Origin: Candidatus Helarchaeota archaeon
GTDB taxonomy: Archaea; Asgardarchaeota; Lokiarchaeia; Helarchaeales; RDOG01
Length of the DNA: 64,000 bases
Assembly: GCA_019058315.1 (NCBI GenBank)
Contig: JAHPZH010000002.1
Span: forward strand, 32,001 to 96,000
Direction: 5' to 3'
The notes beneath the pieces are model-generated. The model saw only the letters and a list, made by a program, of their open reading frames with translations. It had not been told where the DNA came from and ran no database searches. The position numbers were made by a program, and so were the translations under genes. This document shows, piece after piece, positions 47,963-58,236 of the stretch; position 1 is the first letter of the stretch, and each line of letters begins with the position of its first letter.

Positions 47963-49084
47963 TCAGTCAATAAATTGAAGACAAAATCTTATAGCAGGAA
48001 TGATTTTGTATCCAATTCCAAACATATGTGGGCTTAAAGCTGCTTTTGGGTCAGAGAAAAAATCAAATGTATGATCAATTCCTAGACTTTTTAAGGTCTT
48101 ATGTATAGTTTCTGATCCAGCGCTCAATCCAAATTCATCTGTTTTTTCACAAGAAAGGAATAGGTGTAGTTGTTTCAAAGCTTCTGGATTATTTTTAATC
48201 ACATAATTGAGATCATATTTCTGCCAATTATTTAGTGCCTCTTGATTCATATCCACTATTTTTCCGTTTTCATCTCTCTTAATCGTTGGAAGTAGAGGTT
48301 TATCCTTAGAAAATATTAAGTCAACAGTATCTAGAATATCTGCCCAAGTCCTATCTCCGAACATTTCTGCTACCTTTTTGTTAAATATTCTTTCAACAAT
48401 TGGGACTCTAAGTTTCCAACTTAATAAATCAAAATTCCCCAAATTACCTGGACTTAAAGAAGCTACCGAGATGAATTTTTCGGGATTATAAACGGCTACA
48501 TATAGTGCTCCAAAGCCTCCCATAGATCCACCCATTAAAACCCTATGTTGCTTGTCAGGAATAGTACGGTAATTATTATCTATGTAATTTATAACGTCTT
48601 GGATAATATAATCCATATAATTCCCGCTGTGGGGGGAATTAACATAAAAACTTCCTTTCATAACAAAATCTCCTTTGAGATCCCTAAGTCCATCTTTATG
48701 TGGCGTGTGAAGACTCCCATCTGGTTGAACAAATATAAAAGGTGCTAATTCTCCATTTTCAATCAGATTATCAATGTTCTCATAGGTTGGCATTCGATCC
48801 AAATCAAGTTCTTTCCGAAGCCGTTTAGGAATTAAATCTAAAGGGATGGCCCGTGATTTGTCCTCAAGTGAGGTTACAGTCCAACTAGTGTTATTTCCAG
48901 CATAACCATGTAAATAATAAATTACGGGATATCTTTTTTCTTCATTTTCATAATATCCGGGAGGGAAATAAATACGAATATCACGTTCTACCGGGCTATT
49001 AAGGGGATTTCCCTCTAAACATTTCGAATGAAAAGTATCAGTCCTATATCTCTTTTCTAAAGCGGTTTTCGACAATTTTATCAC
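47963..49084 (-). CDS. alpha/beta-hydrolase esterase (Fes/Esterase family)
   Basis: YFPPGY, YPVIYYLHG, nucleophile motif GGSMGG. Confidence 0.88.
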   Translation of the reverse strand: MIKLSKTALEKRYRTDTFHSKCLEGNPLNSPVERDIRIYFPPGYYENEEKRYPVIYYLHGYAGNNTSWTVTSLEDKSRAIPLDLIPKRLRKELDLDRMPTYENIDNLIENGELAPFIFVQPDGSLHTPHKDGLRDLKGDFVMKGSFYVNSPHSGNYMDYIIQDVINYIDNNYRTIPDKQHRVLMGGSMGGFGALYVAVYNPEKFISVASLSPGNLGNFDLLSWKLRVPIVERIFNKKVAEMFGDRTWADILDTVDLIFSKDKPLLPTIKRDENGKIVDMNQEALNNWQKYDLNYVIKNNPEALKQLHLFLSCEKTDEFGLSAGSETIHKTLKSLGIDHTFDFFSDPKAALSPHMFGIGYKIIPAIRFCLQFID

Positions 49085-49140
49085 TTTTTTAAATTAATTA
49101 GGTTATTTTTGTAGATTTTTTTTATTAAACTAATTAAATA

Positions 49141-49503
49141 TTACCAAAAATCTTTAGATAATTCTAGTAGTTTGTTAAATGTATCCTCAATGACTTTTCG
49201 TCTGCCAATTTTAAATTTTTTGTCTGGACCAAGACTATCAATTTGAGAATCATAAATTTTAAGATAATCTCTCTTCCATCGATTCACAGTGTCTTCCTTG
49301 GGTGGAACAGCATTACATTTCTCAGACAATATTGAAATTATTTCAACACCTGGCATTAATTCTGATTCTCCGCATTGTTCAAGATCTGCAGCATCTCCAG
49401 ATTTAAATATATCTTCAATATTTTTTGTTATTTGGTTAATAATATCTCCTAAATAATCAAGAGCACCATCATTATCAAAATTGCCTACAGACCATGTTCC
49501 CAT
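49141..49503 (-). CDS. DUF4259-like protein
   Basis: N-terminal MGTWSVGNFDNDGALD signature. Confidence 0.75.
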   Translation of the reverse strand: MGTWSVGNFDNDGALDYLGDIINQITKNIEDIFKSGDAADLEQCGESELMPGVEIISILSEKCNAVPPKEDTVNRWKRDYLKIYDSQIDSLGPDKKFKIGRRKVIEDTFNKLLELSKDFW

Positions 49504-49629
49504 AATATCTACTCTTTATAATTAATAATATTAAATATAATTAGTTTTATTAAATGGTAAATTTAAAACGAATAATATTATTTATATAATTTATTAAAAA
49601 TTTTGATATTTTCAATTCTATTGAAAAGG

Positions 49630-50376
49630 TCAAGTTTCAATATATGTTGGTTTGAATTCTAATTTATTTTGATAACTTCTGCTAATCTCTTCATATTTTT
49701 TTAATTTTTGTTCAGAAACTTTTAAAGTCCTTAATATTGGCAATAAATCATTTAAATTAGTGAAATACTTGATTTGTCCAGTGTTTGTATCTTTATTTAT
49801 TAGATTTAATTCATGAAATCTCTGAATATAATACTTTAATTTCTTTGAACTTAACCCCGTCTTTTTTATTAATTCTATGAAAATGATACCAGGATTTAGT
49901 AATATGTATTCCAAAATTTTAAAGATTTCAGGAGTTTTAAGGGTAATAATCCTATTAAAATCGTTTAAATTTATATTGGAACTAAAATAGACAACTTTAT
50001 TCATAAATCTACTTTTTTTAATGAAATTAAAATCTTCTAACATTTTTAAATGCCAAGCAGCTAAACGAGGTGAAACATTTAAGTTTCTACGAATTGCTCT
50101 TAAATGAGAACCAGGGTTTTGACAAATATGTTGAAATATTCGATATCGTCTATCATTTTCAAAAATTGTTTCTTTTGTAATCTTAGTTCCTTCAATAATA
50201 TAATTTTTTAAGATAAGATTATAAATTGCTTGGCTAATTTCATTCTTAGGATATATTAATTCGCTAATTGAGGTTGAAAATAAATCTTCTATGTTTAATG
50301 GCTTTTCTTTAATTAAATTTTTTGCAATTTCTAAGATTAATTTCTCAATTCGTGTAAGTTTTAATGTCATTGTCAA
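49630..50376 (-). CDS. tandem winged-HTH transcriptional regulator
   Basis: R..IF..I..NPG.H...I.R.L.......WHL..L, followed by a second IL..I..NPG wHTH. Confidence 0.8.
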   Translation of the reverse strand: MTMTLKLTRIEKLILEIAKNLIKEKPLNIEDLFSTSISELIYPKNEISQAIYNLILKNYIIEGTKITKETIFENDRRYRIFQHICQNPGSHLRAIRRNLNVSPRLAAWHLKMLEDFNFIKKSRFMNKVVYFSSNINLNDFNRIITLKTPEIFKILEYILLNPGIIFIELIKKTGLSSKKLKYYIQRFHELNLINKDTNTGQIKYFTNLNDLLPILRTLKVSEQKLKKYEEISRSYQNKLEFKPTYIET

Positions 50377-50527
50377 CCCTCTTTTTTGGAAATGTCGAAT
50401 TTATTAAATATTTTAAAATTTTTCACTGATTGACTATTTTTATTATTATGTAGTAGGAACATCATAATTCAAATCTCTATATTTAGTGGAAATTGGAGCA
50501 GATAGAGTAAATTGAGGATTTATTTAT

Positions 50528-53500
50528 TCACTCATTATCTTTTATCCTTTTGAGCATTTCTATAAATTCGTTTCTTTTATTCGTTGATAAGCTGGCTAAT
50601 TCCTTTAATAACTCTATTTTTTCAGATTTTGGAATATCAATTTTTATAATTGTATTTATCTCATCAATTGACAAGATATTAAACTCTCGTTTGAAATAAT
50701 TTTTAATTCTTTCATCTTTTATAGTATCTAAAGGATTTTTTATTTTAGCGAGCTTCTTAAGCTTAGTATTTAAATTTTTATCGGTTAAACCTAATTCTTC
50801 AGGTTCTTTTCTAAATTTTACAACAATTGAAATGGTAGATACCGCTGCTATTGCACCTATAATTATTATAATACTCATAGGTGAAGATAGAAAAATAATA
50901 ATATTGTCTTCTGAAGAAAATGCTAATACTATAATTATTGAAGGTTCGATAGGCTCCTCTGTTTCTATAATTACATAACCATAAATTGTTGAGCTGACAT
51001 TATTATTGTTAGAATCATTCGTCCAAATGGAGTAATTAATTGTTATTCCCTTACCATATCTAGGTACAGTATAACTCCAATATCCATTTTGAAGTGTGCC
51101 ATTAAAAAAGGTCATTTCAATGTATTGATATGTTCCAGTGTGGTTAATATTGATTAAAACCGTTTCTACTCCCACATTATCTTGAATATGAACATAAATA
51201 GTTACATTATCCTGATTTGTTGGTTGCATAGGAACTCTAGAAACCGAGATGATATTAGGATTCTCGCCGTCCCTCACGTTATATTGATATGGTCCATCAA
51301 TATTCGGAATATTTGAGGTGTCGTTTACCCAGACTGAATAAGATATCGTAGTTCCCACAGATAACGCTGGAATTGTATAGTTCCAATACCCATTTTGTAG
51401 AGTCCCGGATAAGTGATTCATAGAATAATTATAAGGAGTGCCAGAGTGGTTTGAAGTAAGAAATACTACATGGATACCGATATTATCAGTTATATGGGCT
51501 GTTATATTTACTAAGTTTAAATTGTTAGGGTTAGTTGGGTCTCTTGAGACAGAAATTATATCTGGACTTTCACCATCAACTATGATATATTGATATGATC
51601 CATTGGTATCATAGTTACCATATGTATCATTTCCCCAGATCGAATAAGAGACCGAAGTTCCCACAGCAACTGGTGGAATTGTGTAGTTCCAATATCCATC
51701 TTGAAGAGTCCCTGATAGGTGATTCATAGAATAATTATAAGGGGTACCAGAGTGGTTTGAGGTTAGAAATACTACATGAACACCAATATTATCGGTTATA
51801 TGAGCAGTAATATTTACTGAATCTAAATTATTAGGGTTAGTTGGCTCTCTTAAGACAGAGACTATATTAGGACCTTCACTGTCTCCCACAGTATATTGAT
51901 ATGGACCTTCGGTATTAGGAATATTGGATGTATCATTTGCCCAAATCGAATAAGAAATTATAGTTCCCGTAGGAACTGCTGGTATTGTGTAATTCCAATA
52001 CCCATCCTGAAGAGTCCCCGATAGGTGATTCATAGAATAATTATAAGGGATGCCAGAGTGGTTTGAAGTTAATAATACTACACCAATACCAACATTTTCT
52101 GTAATATGAACAGTAATATTTACTGAGTCTAGATTGTTGGGATTAATCGGTTCTCTGGAAACAGAAACTATATCGGGACTCTCACCATCTATCACTGTAT
52201 ATTGATATGGTCCATTTATATCAGAGTTATTAGATGAATCATTAACCCATATAGTATATGTAATAGTAGCTCCTGCTGGAAGAGTAGGAATTATGTAATC
52301 CCAATATCCATCATTTTTATATCCTGAAACAAAATCCATCACATAATCTGCTGAAGTTCCTGTGTGATTTGAATTGATTATTACAGTATCTATTTTTAAG
52401 TTGTCAGCACTATGTACAGTAATATTAACGGTATTCAAATTATTGGGGACCATCGGATATCTTGAAACAGACAATAAATTTGGATTATAAATATCATTGT
52501 TAACTGAATACATTGATACTTCAGATGTTCCCCATTCTCCATCTGTTTCATCTTGCCAGATCACATGTAATACTGAATTATTATCCATGGCGATGCTAGG
52601 ATTCCAACTAGCACCATCATTCCATCCAGTATAATCATCCGAAATTATGGTTGCATTGGACCAGCCCGCTGCGGTATAATTTGTATACATTATTTCTGAA
52701 TCTGGAAATTCAGGGCTTCCAATACCATACTGCCAATCTTCCCAAATTACATGCACTATTCCATTATTATCCACGGCAATACTGGGTCGCCAACTGTAAT
52801 TTTTATTCCAACCTGTATAATCATCTGAAATGACAGTTGCATTAGACCAACCTGTCGCAGTGTAATTTGCATACATTATCTCTGTATCATATATACTATT
52901 GGTCCACTCACCGACTGTGTAATCTTGCCAAGCAACATGTACATAACCATTAAGATCTGTGGCGATGCAAGGATTCAAACTGTCACCATCGTTCCATCCA
53001 AAAACGTCTGAAATAACTGTAGCATTAGACCAACCCGCGGTGGTACAATTAGTATACATTATTTCTTCATCTGTTCCCCATTCTCCATTTGTATCATCCC
53101 GCCAAACCACATGTATATTTCCATTCTCGTCCGTGGTGATGCTAGGACTAAAACTATTACCATCATTCCAGCCAGTACTATCATCAGAAATCACAGTTGC
53201 ATTGGACCAAACTCCAGCACTATAATTTGCATACATTATTTCATTATCTGTTCCCCACTCACCAAACGTACAATCCCGCCAGACTACGTGTATATCTCCA
53301 TTCTTGTCCGTGGCGATGCTAGGACCAAAACTATTACCATCATTCCAACCAGTACTATCATCAGAAATCACAGTTGCATTTGACCAGCCCGAACCGGAAT
53401 AGTTAGCGTACATTATTTCTCTATCGGAAATACCACCACCCCATTCACCAACAGTTTCATCAGACCAGACCACATGTATATTTCCATTATTATCTGTGGT

Positions 53501-53887
53501 GATGCTAGGATTCCAGCTATCGCCATCGTTCCATCCATAATTATCTGATACCATGATTGGATCAGACCAACCTGAATCATTATAACAAAGATAAAAAATG
53601 TCAAAATCATAGTCAGGATAACCAGTATCCTTCCGCCAAACTATATGAATATTTTCATCATTATCTGTTGCGATACTAAAACTTTCACCTATATATTCTG
53701 GAATTATTGTTACATTAGGCCAACCAGACCAATTAGAAATACCGACATTAAAATTTTCATGCCTTTTATTCAATGGAAGGTTTACATTAATAGGGTTATT
53801 TGGCACATATAAAAGTATAAAAATAACTGGAATCAATAGAATTAGAATAAGGATGTAAAAATTTATACGATTATTTTTATTTTTCAT
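50528..53887 (-). CDS. membrane-anchored cell-surface glycoprotein: ~7 beta-propeller blade repeats, 5 Ig-like repeats, TM, cytoplasmic tail
   Basis: N-terminal signal/TM; ~59-aa repeats WSNATVISD...WNDG.S..PSI.TD.NG.IHVVW.D; ~102-aa repeats P.I.SVSR.P..P.N...V.IT.HI.DN; many N-x-S/T sequons; C-terminal TM IIIIIGAIAAVSTISIVV. Confidence 0.85.
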   Translation of the reverse strand: MKNKNNRINFYILILILLIPVIFILLYVPNNPINVNLPLNKRHENFNVGISNWSGWPNVTIIPEYIGESFSIATDNDENIHIVWRKDTGYPDYDFDIFYLCYNDSGWSDPIMVSDNYGWNDGDSWNPSITTDNNGNIHVVWSDETVGEWGGGISDREIMYANYSGSGWSNATVISDDSTGWNDGNSFGPSIATDKNGDIHVVWRDCTFGEWGTDNEIMYANYSAGVWSNATVISDDSTGWNDGNSFSPSITTDENGNIHVVWRDDTNGEWGTDEEIMYTNCTTAGWSNATVISDVFGWNDGDSLNPCIATDLNGYVHVAWQDYTVGEWTNSIYDTEIMYANYTATGWSNATVISDDYTGWNKNYSWRPSIAVDNNGIVHVIWEDWQYGIGSPEFPDSEIMYTNYTAAGWSNATIISDDYTGWNDGASWNPSIAMDNNSVLHVIWQDETDGEWGTSEVSMYSVNNDIYNPNLLSVSRYPMVPNNLNTVNITVHSADNLKIDTVIINSNHTGTSADYVMDFVSGYKNDGYWDYIIPTLPAGATITYTIWVNDSSNNSDINGPYQYTVIDGESPDIVSVSREPINPNNLDSVNITVHITENVGIGVVLLTSNHSGIPYNYSMNHLSGTLQDGYWNYTIPAVPTGTIISYSIWANDTSNIPNTEGPYQYTVGDSEGPNIVSVLREPTNPNNLDSVNITAHITDNIGVHVVFLTSNHSGTPYNYSMNHLSGTLQDGYWNYTIPPVAVGTSVSYSIWGNDTYGNYDTNGSYQYIIVDGESPDIISVSRDPTNPNNLNLVNITAHITDNIGIHVVFLTSNHSGTPYNYSMNHLSGTLQNGYWNYTIPALSVGTTISYSVWVNDTSNIPNIDGPYQYNVRDGENPNIISVSRVPMQPTNQDNVTIYVHIQDNVGVETVLININHTGTYQYIEMTFFNGTLQNGYWSYTVPRYGKGITINYSIWTNDSNNNNVSSTIYGYVIIETEEPIEPSIIIVLAFSSEDNIIIFLSSPMSIIIIIGAIAAVSTISIVVKFRKEPEELGLTDKNLNTKLKKLAKIKNPLDTIKDERIKNYFKREFNILSIDEINTIIKIDIPKSEKIELLKELASLSTNKRNEFIEMLKRIKDNE
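50970..52490 (-). repeat. intragenic 306-bp repeats (Ig-like domains)
   Basis: GTGATTCATAGAATAATTATAAGG recurs at 51413, 51719 and 52025 (period 306). Confidence 0.85.
52510..53700 (-). repeat. intragenic ~177-190-bp repeats (propeller blades)
   Basis: CCAGTACTATCATCAGAAATCACAGTTGCATT recurs near 53172 and 53349. Confidence 0.85.
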
Positions 53888-53968
53888 ATTTTTCCCTTGT
53901 TATTATTTTTCTAAACTACATGCATATCAAGATATTAGTTCAACAGTTGTTGGAATATTTAAATGAAA

Positions 53969-54043
53969 TACGTCCAATCTTTTTCGCTCTACGTCCATTT
54001 TTCTTTGCATTACGTCCATTTTTTTTTGCATTACGTCCATTTT
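53969..54043. repeat. 3.5 tandem copies of a 21-bp unit (core TACGTCCA plus T-tract) in a divergent intergenic region
   Basis: Units start at 53969, 53990, 54011 and 54032. Confidence 0.9.
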
Positions 54044-54148
54044 GTATATACAAGAAAAATTTAAACAGATTATCTAATCATTTTAATTTAATTAACAAAT
54101 TGAAATTACTATTAAAGAATAAAATTAATTGTAAATAGGATATAAAGG

Positions 54149-55684
54149 TTGATTAAAATTAGCGAAAAGTTAAACGTTCTATTTTTTATAACTGACCAGA
54201 TGCGAGCTGATCATTTAGGATGTGCTGGAAATCCTATGATTAAGACACCCAATCTTGATGCACTTGCAAAAGATGGGGTGAGATTTTCACGCTTTTATTG
54301 TTCAAACCCCGTGTGTATGCCTAATAGAGCAACGTTTTTTACGGGACTTTACCCAAGTCTCCATGGTGTTAGGTGCAATGGAATCAACTTAGATCCTGAA
54401 ATACCTACAATTACTCAAACTTTACATAATGCGGGATACCATACGGCATCAATGGGTAAGATTCACTTAAATTGGCTAGCCCAAGGATACTCCCGAAAAT
54501 TTAAATCGTATGAAGCTTGGTTTGATTGGCTTTATAAACCGAGGGAAAAGGTTCTACAAATTCCGATACCATATTATGGATTGGATGAAGTGGAAATCAC
54601 AATTGGACATGGTGATACTATGGGTGGACATTATATAGACTGGCTTGAAAAAAAAGCTCCAGGTATGTTTGATTCATTAAAACAAAGAAATATCAGATTT
54701 TTGGAGGAATTATATTATGATACTCCTCTTCCAGCAGATTTATATCAAACAAATTATGTAACAGAAAGAACTATCGCATTTCTTGAACGGTTCTCACAAG
54801 GAGATTATAAAGAAAAGCCATTTTTTTTACATTGCTCTTATCCAGATCCCCACCATCCTGTCTGTCCTCCTCTACCATACAGAGACATGTATAAACCAGA
54901 AGAAATAAACCTATCTCCTGCATTTGTTGAATCATTAGAGGATCATGAAATGCTTGGGGCAGCACTTCAGAATCCTGTCATAGCAAGAATGGTTTTACGA
55001 GTAAGCACCGAAGAAGAAATACGCAAATTTTTAGCGTATACCTATGGTTCGATTAGTTGTATTGACCATGGCATAGGTCAGATCTTGGCATCTTTGAAAT
55101 CACTAGGACTCGAAAAAAATACTTTAATAATTTTTACAAGCGATCATGGAGATTTAGGTGGCGATTACAAGCTTCTACTGAAAGGACCCGCTCATTACAG
55201 AGGACTTTTAACTGTTCCTTCACTATGGAAAGTACCAGGAATTACAAAAAAAGGGACAGTTACAGACTCGCTTGCTAGTACGATCGATATACCAACCACA
55301 ATATTGTCCTTATTAAATATCGATAAGGAACTTTATCCACCCGAAATGCAAGGAGTTGATTTAACACCAATTTTAAAAGATCCTAAAACAAAAGTACAAG
55401 ACCATGTTATAATAGAAGAGGATGAAGAGCTTCCTAAGATGAAAAAAGCTATCGATACTAATGTTAGATTGCGAACAATGATTACAGAAACCCACAGGAT
55501 TACAATCCGACAAGGATACGAACAATGGGGCGAGATTATCAACCTCAAAAATGATCTGGTTGAAATGAATAATCTATGGTTTGATGATAATTCTAAAGAG
55601 CTTAGATTTAAATTGCTCAATAAATTCACCCATGAATTATTGAATATACAAAGTAGATTACCAAAAAAACAAGCTCTTACATAA
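54149..55684 (+). CDS. sulfatase (Cys-type, formylglycine-dependent), copy 1
   Basis: TDQMRAD, CMPNRA (CxPxR), GKIH, PDPHHP, TSDHGD. Confidence 0.93.
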   Translation: MIKISEKLNVLFFITDQMRADHLGCAGNPMIKTPNLDALAKDGVRFSRFYCSNPVCMPNRATFFTGLYPSLHGVRCNGINLDPEIPTITQTLHNAGYHTASMGKIHLNWLAQGYSRKFKSYEAWFDWLYKPREKVLQIPIPYYGLDEVEITIGHGDTMGGHYIDWLEKKAPGMFDSLKQRNIRFLEELYYDTPLPADLYQTNYVTERTIAFLERFSQGDYKEKPFFLHCSYPDPHHPVCPPLPYRDMYKPEEINLSPAFVESLEDHEMLGAALQNPVIARMVLRVSTEEEIRKFLAYTYGSISCIDHGIGQILASLKSLGLEKNTLIIFTSDHGDLGGDYKLLLKGPAHYRGLLTVPSLWKVPGITKKGTVTDSLASTIDIPTTILSLLNIDKELYPPEMQGVDLTPILKDPKTKVQDHVIIEEDEELPKMKKAIDTNVRLRTMITETHRITIRQGYEQWGEIINLKNDLVEMNNLWFDDNSKELRFKLLNKFTHELLNIQSRLPKKQALT

Positions 55685-55692
55685 TTTTTATA

Positions 55693-55740
55693 GCTGATCA
55701 TTTAGGTTACGCAAGAATTTTTTTGTTAAAGACTCCAAAT
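55693..55740 (+). pseudogene. short remnant of a sulfatase 5' region
   Basis: Reads ADHLGYARIFLLKTPN, versus ADHLGCAGNPMIKTPN in 54149..55684; GCTGATCATTTAGG is shared exactly. Confidence 0.65.
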
Positions 55741-55830
55741 AGCCATTTTATAAGCCCTAATTTTTATTATGTTGTACGACTAACATAAATAAATATTAAA
55801 AAAAAATAATTAGATACCCTAAAAAAGCAG

Positions 55831-57372
55831 TTGATTAAAATTAGTGAAAAAAAAAACGTTCTTTTTATAATAACCGACCAATTACGTGCCGATCATTTAG
55901 AATGTGCTGGAAATCCTGTTATTAAGACGCCTAATCTTGATAAACTTGCAAAAGATGGGCTAAGATTCACACGTTTTTATTGTTCAAACCCGATGTGCAT
56001 GCCTAATAGGGCAACATTCTTTACAGGACTGTACCCTAGTCTCCATGGAGTTAGATGTAATGGTATTAATCTAAATACTAAAATTCCTACAATTACCCAG
56101 ACTTTGCATGATGCAGGATATCACACGGCATCAATGGGTAAGATTCACTTGAATTGGTCTGCTCCCGGATACTCTAGAAAATATAAATCAGTTGAATGTT
56201 CAACTGATTGGCTTTTTAAGCCTAAAAATAAGCGTCCAAAGATTCCAATACCATATTATGGATTGGATGAAGTAGAAATTGTAATCGGTCATGGAGATGC
56301 TGTTAGTGGACATTATTTGGATTGGCTTGAAGAAAAAACTAAAGGCACGGGCATTCTTGAGGATTTAAAAGCAAGATCTGCTAGAGCTTTTGAGAAGATT
56401 TATTATGACACTCCCCTCACAAAGGATCTTTATCAAACCACTTATGTAACGGAAAGAACAATTGCATTTCTTAAAAGATTTTCTGAAGGAAAATATGAAG
56501 GTAAACCATTCTTCATGCATTGTTCTTATCCAGATCCTCATCATCCTGTTTGTCCTCCTGCACCATATAGAGACATGTATAAGCCGGAAGAGATAAACCT
56601 ACCTCCTGCTTACATTGAATCACTAGAGGATCATGAATTAATAGGACCCGCTTTAAGAAATCCAATCATCGCAGCCATGGTTTTACGAAAAAGTACTGAA
56701 GAAGAAATACGCAAATTCTTGGCGTATACTTATAGTGCCATTACAATGATTGACCACGGAGTTGGTCAAATCTTAGAAGCATTAAAAACACTAGGACTCG
56801 AAAATAATACTATGGTAATATTTACGAGCGACCATGGAGATTTAGGCGGAGATTACAAACTCTTATTAAAAGGTCCAGCTCCTTATAAAGGAGTTCTAAA
56901 TATTCCATTAATTTGGAAAATACCCGGATTTACTAAAGAAGGGACGATCACGGATTCGCTTGCCTCTACTATTGATTTACCAACTACAATATTATCTTTA
57001 TTAAATATCGATAAAAAATTATATCCACCTGAGATGCTAGGATATGATTTAACACCAGTTTTAAAGGATCCGAAAGTTAAGGTACGAGATCATGTTATTA
57101 TTGAAGAGGATGAAGAATTGCCAATGATGAAAAAAGAAAGACAAGCCAATGTAAGACTACGAACAATGATTACAGAAACACATAGAATTAGTATCAGTTA
57201 TGGCTATGAACATTTTGGTGAAATTATAGATCTTAAGAATGATCCTCTCGAAATTAATAATTTATGGTTTTATGAAAACTCTAAAGAGCTAAGATTTAAA
57301 TTACTCAATAAGTTAACTCATGAATTATTAAATCTTCAAAGTAGACTGCCTCGCAAACAAGCCTTGACATGA
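55831..57372 (+). CDS. sulfatase (Cys-type), copy 2
   Basis: TDQLRAD, CMPNRA, GKIH, PDPHHP, TSDHGD. Confidence 0.93.
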   Translation: MIKISEKKNVLFIITDQLRADHLECAGNPVIKTPNLDKLAKDGLRFTRFYCSNPMCMPNRATFFTGLYPSLHGVRCNGINLNTKIPTITQTLHDAGYHTASMGKIHLNWSAPGYSRKYKSVECSTDWLFKPKNKRPKIPIPYYGLDEVEIVIGHGDAVSGHYLDWLEEKTKGTGILEDLKARSARAFEKIYYDTPLTKDLYQTTYVTERTIAFLKRFSEGKYEGKPFFMHCSYPDPHHPVCPPAPYRDMYKPEEINLPPAYIESLEDHELIGPALRNPIIAAMVLRKSTEEEIRKFLAYTYSAITMIDHGVGQILEALKTLGLENNTMVIFTSDHGDLGGDYKLLLKGPAPYKGVLNIPLIWKIPGFTKEGTITDSLASTIDLPTTILSLLNIDKKLYPPEMLGYDLTPVLKDPKVKVRDHVIIEEDEELPMMKKERQANVRLRTMITETHRISISYGYEHFGEIIDLKNDPLEINNLWFYENSKELRFKLLNKLTHELLNLQSRLPRKQALT

Positions 57373-57398
57373 TTTTTTTATTAAAAATTCCTTTAATT

Positions 57399-57875
57399 TC
57401 ATCTTTTAGCACGTTTACGCCAAAAAGGAAGCGATTTAACTAAATCTCCACGCCAGGATTCACCAATATCTTCATTTTTTATCCACCAATTTATAATGTC
57501 TAATATGACATCTGCTTGTGCTGTGGATAATATCTTTAACCTTTTATCTCGATATTTTTTGAAATCACGTTCGCCTGGATAATGGAATAAATTCTGAACT
57601 AAAAGATCAAAACTGACAGAATCTATATCTTCGAGGGCAGCTTCTAAAATTACTGGTAAAAAGTAGTGAAATGCATTTTCATTTAATAACGTAAATTCTG
57701 CGGACATAAATAAAATATCATCTTTATTTAGTTTTTCTCGAGTCTTATTTCCAAATCTCCTCTCAATCTCTCTACATATCTTTCGGGGACATCCATCAGA
57801 AGCTGTTTTTGGCTGTTTTACGGATGAAAAAACTGCTCTTAATCGATTAATTAGACTCTGTTTATTAATTTCCAT
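57399..57875 (-). CDS. hypothetical helical protein (DUF6714-like)
   Basis: I...F..V..P, L...AFHYFLP and LS..Q...I..W patterns recalled for this family. Confidence 0.5.
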   Translation of the reverse strand: MEINKQSLINRLRAVFSSVKQPKTASDGCPRKICREIERRFGNKTREKLNKDDILFMSAEFTLLNENAFHYFLPVILEAALEDIDSVSFDLLVQNLFHYPGERDFKKYRDKRLKILSTAQADVILDIINWWIKNEDIGESWRGDLVKSLPFWRKRAKR

Positions 57876-58236
57876 AATTATCCAAGATTTTATTTAATAA
57901 TACTAAATCAAAAAGAAATATTATATTATTAATGTTTATGTGTAATGCCTTTGATTTAGAATTTATAGGAAAAGCTCAATATGTAAATGATAATTTTTAT
58001 TCTTTATCTTAAACTTGAAACGACTTTTTTCAAAAGACGTTTCCAATTCCTTTCCCTTTCTTCTTTCCAATCTCCGAAATTATTAATTTCTATTTTTGGG
58101 GAACTATGATAATTCCAAACAAGATCAAAAATTCTCATAAATAAATGAATAAATTTTCTATTTTAAAAAGAGTTAGGTAAAATGAATTTGAGATGATTTC
58201 ATTTATAAAAACTCGAATTGAGTTAGAAGAAGAAAA

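Noticed and set aside
50528-53887. Diversity-generating retroelement suggested by near-identical intragenic repeats
   Set aside because: The repeats are in-frame domain duplications; there is no reverse transcriptase and no evident adenine-specific TR/VR pattern.
53969-54043. Possible mini-CRISPR array
   Set aside because: Units are head-to-tail with no unique spacers, and no cas genes are present.
53920-54138. 72-aa ORF with RPFFFAL repeats
   Set aside because: It is simply the translation of the 21-bp tandem repeat (a multiple of 3) in a divergent promoter region; there is no other coding evidence.
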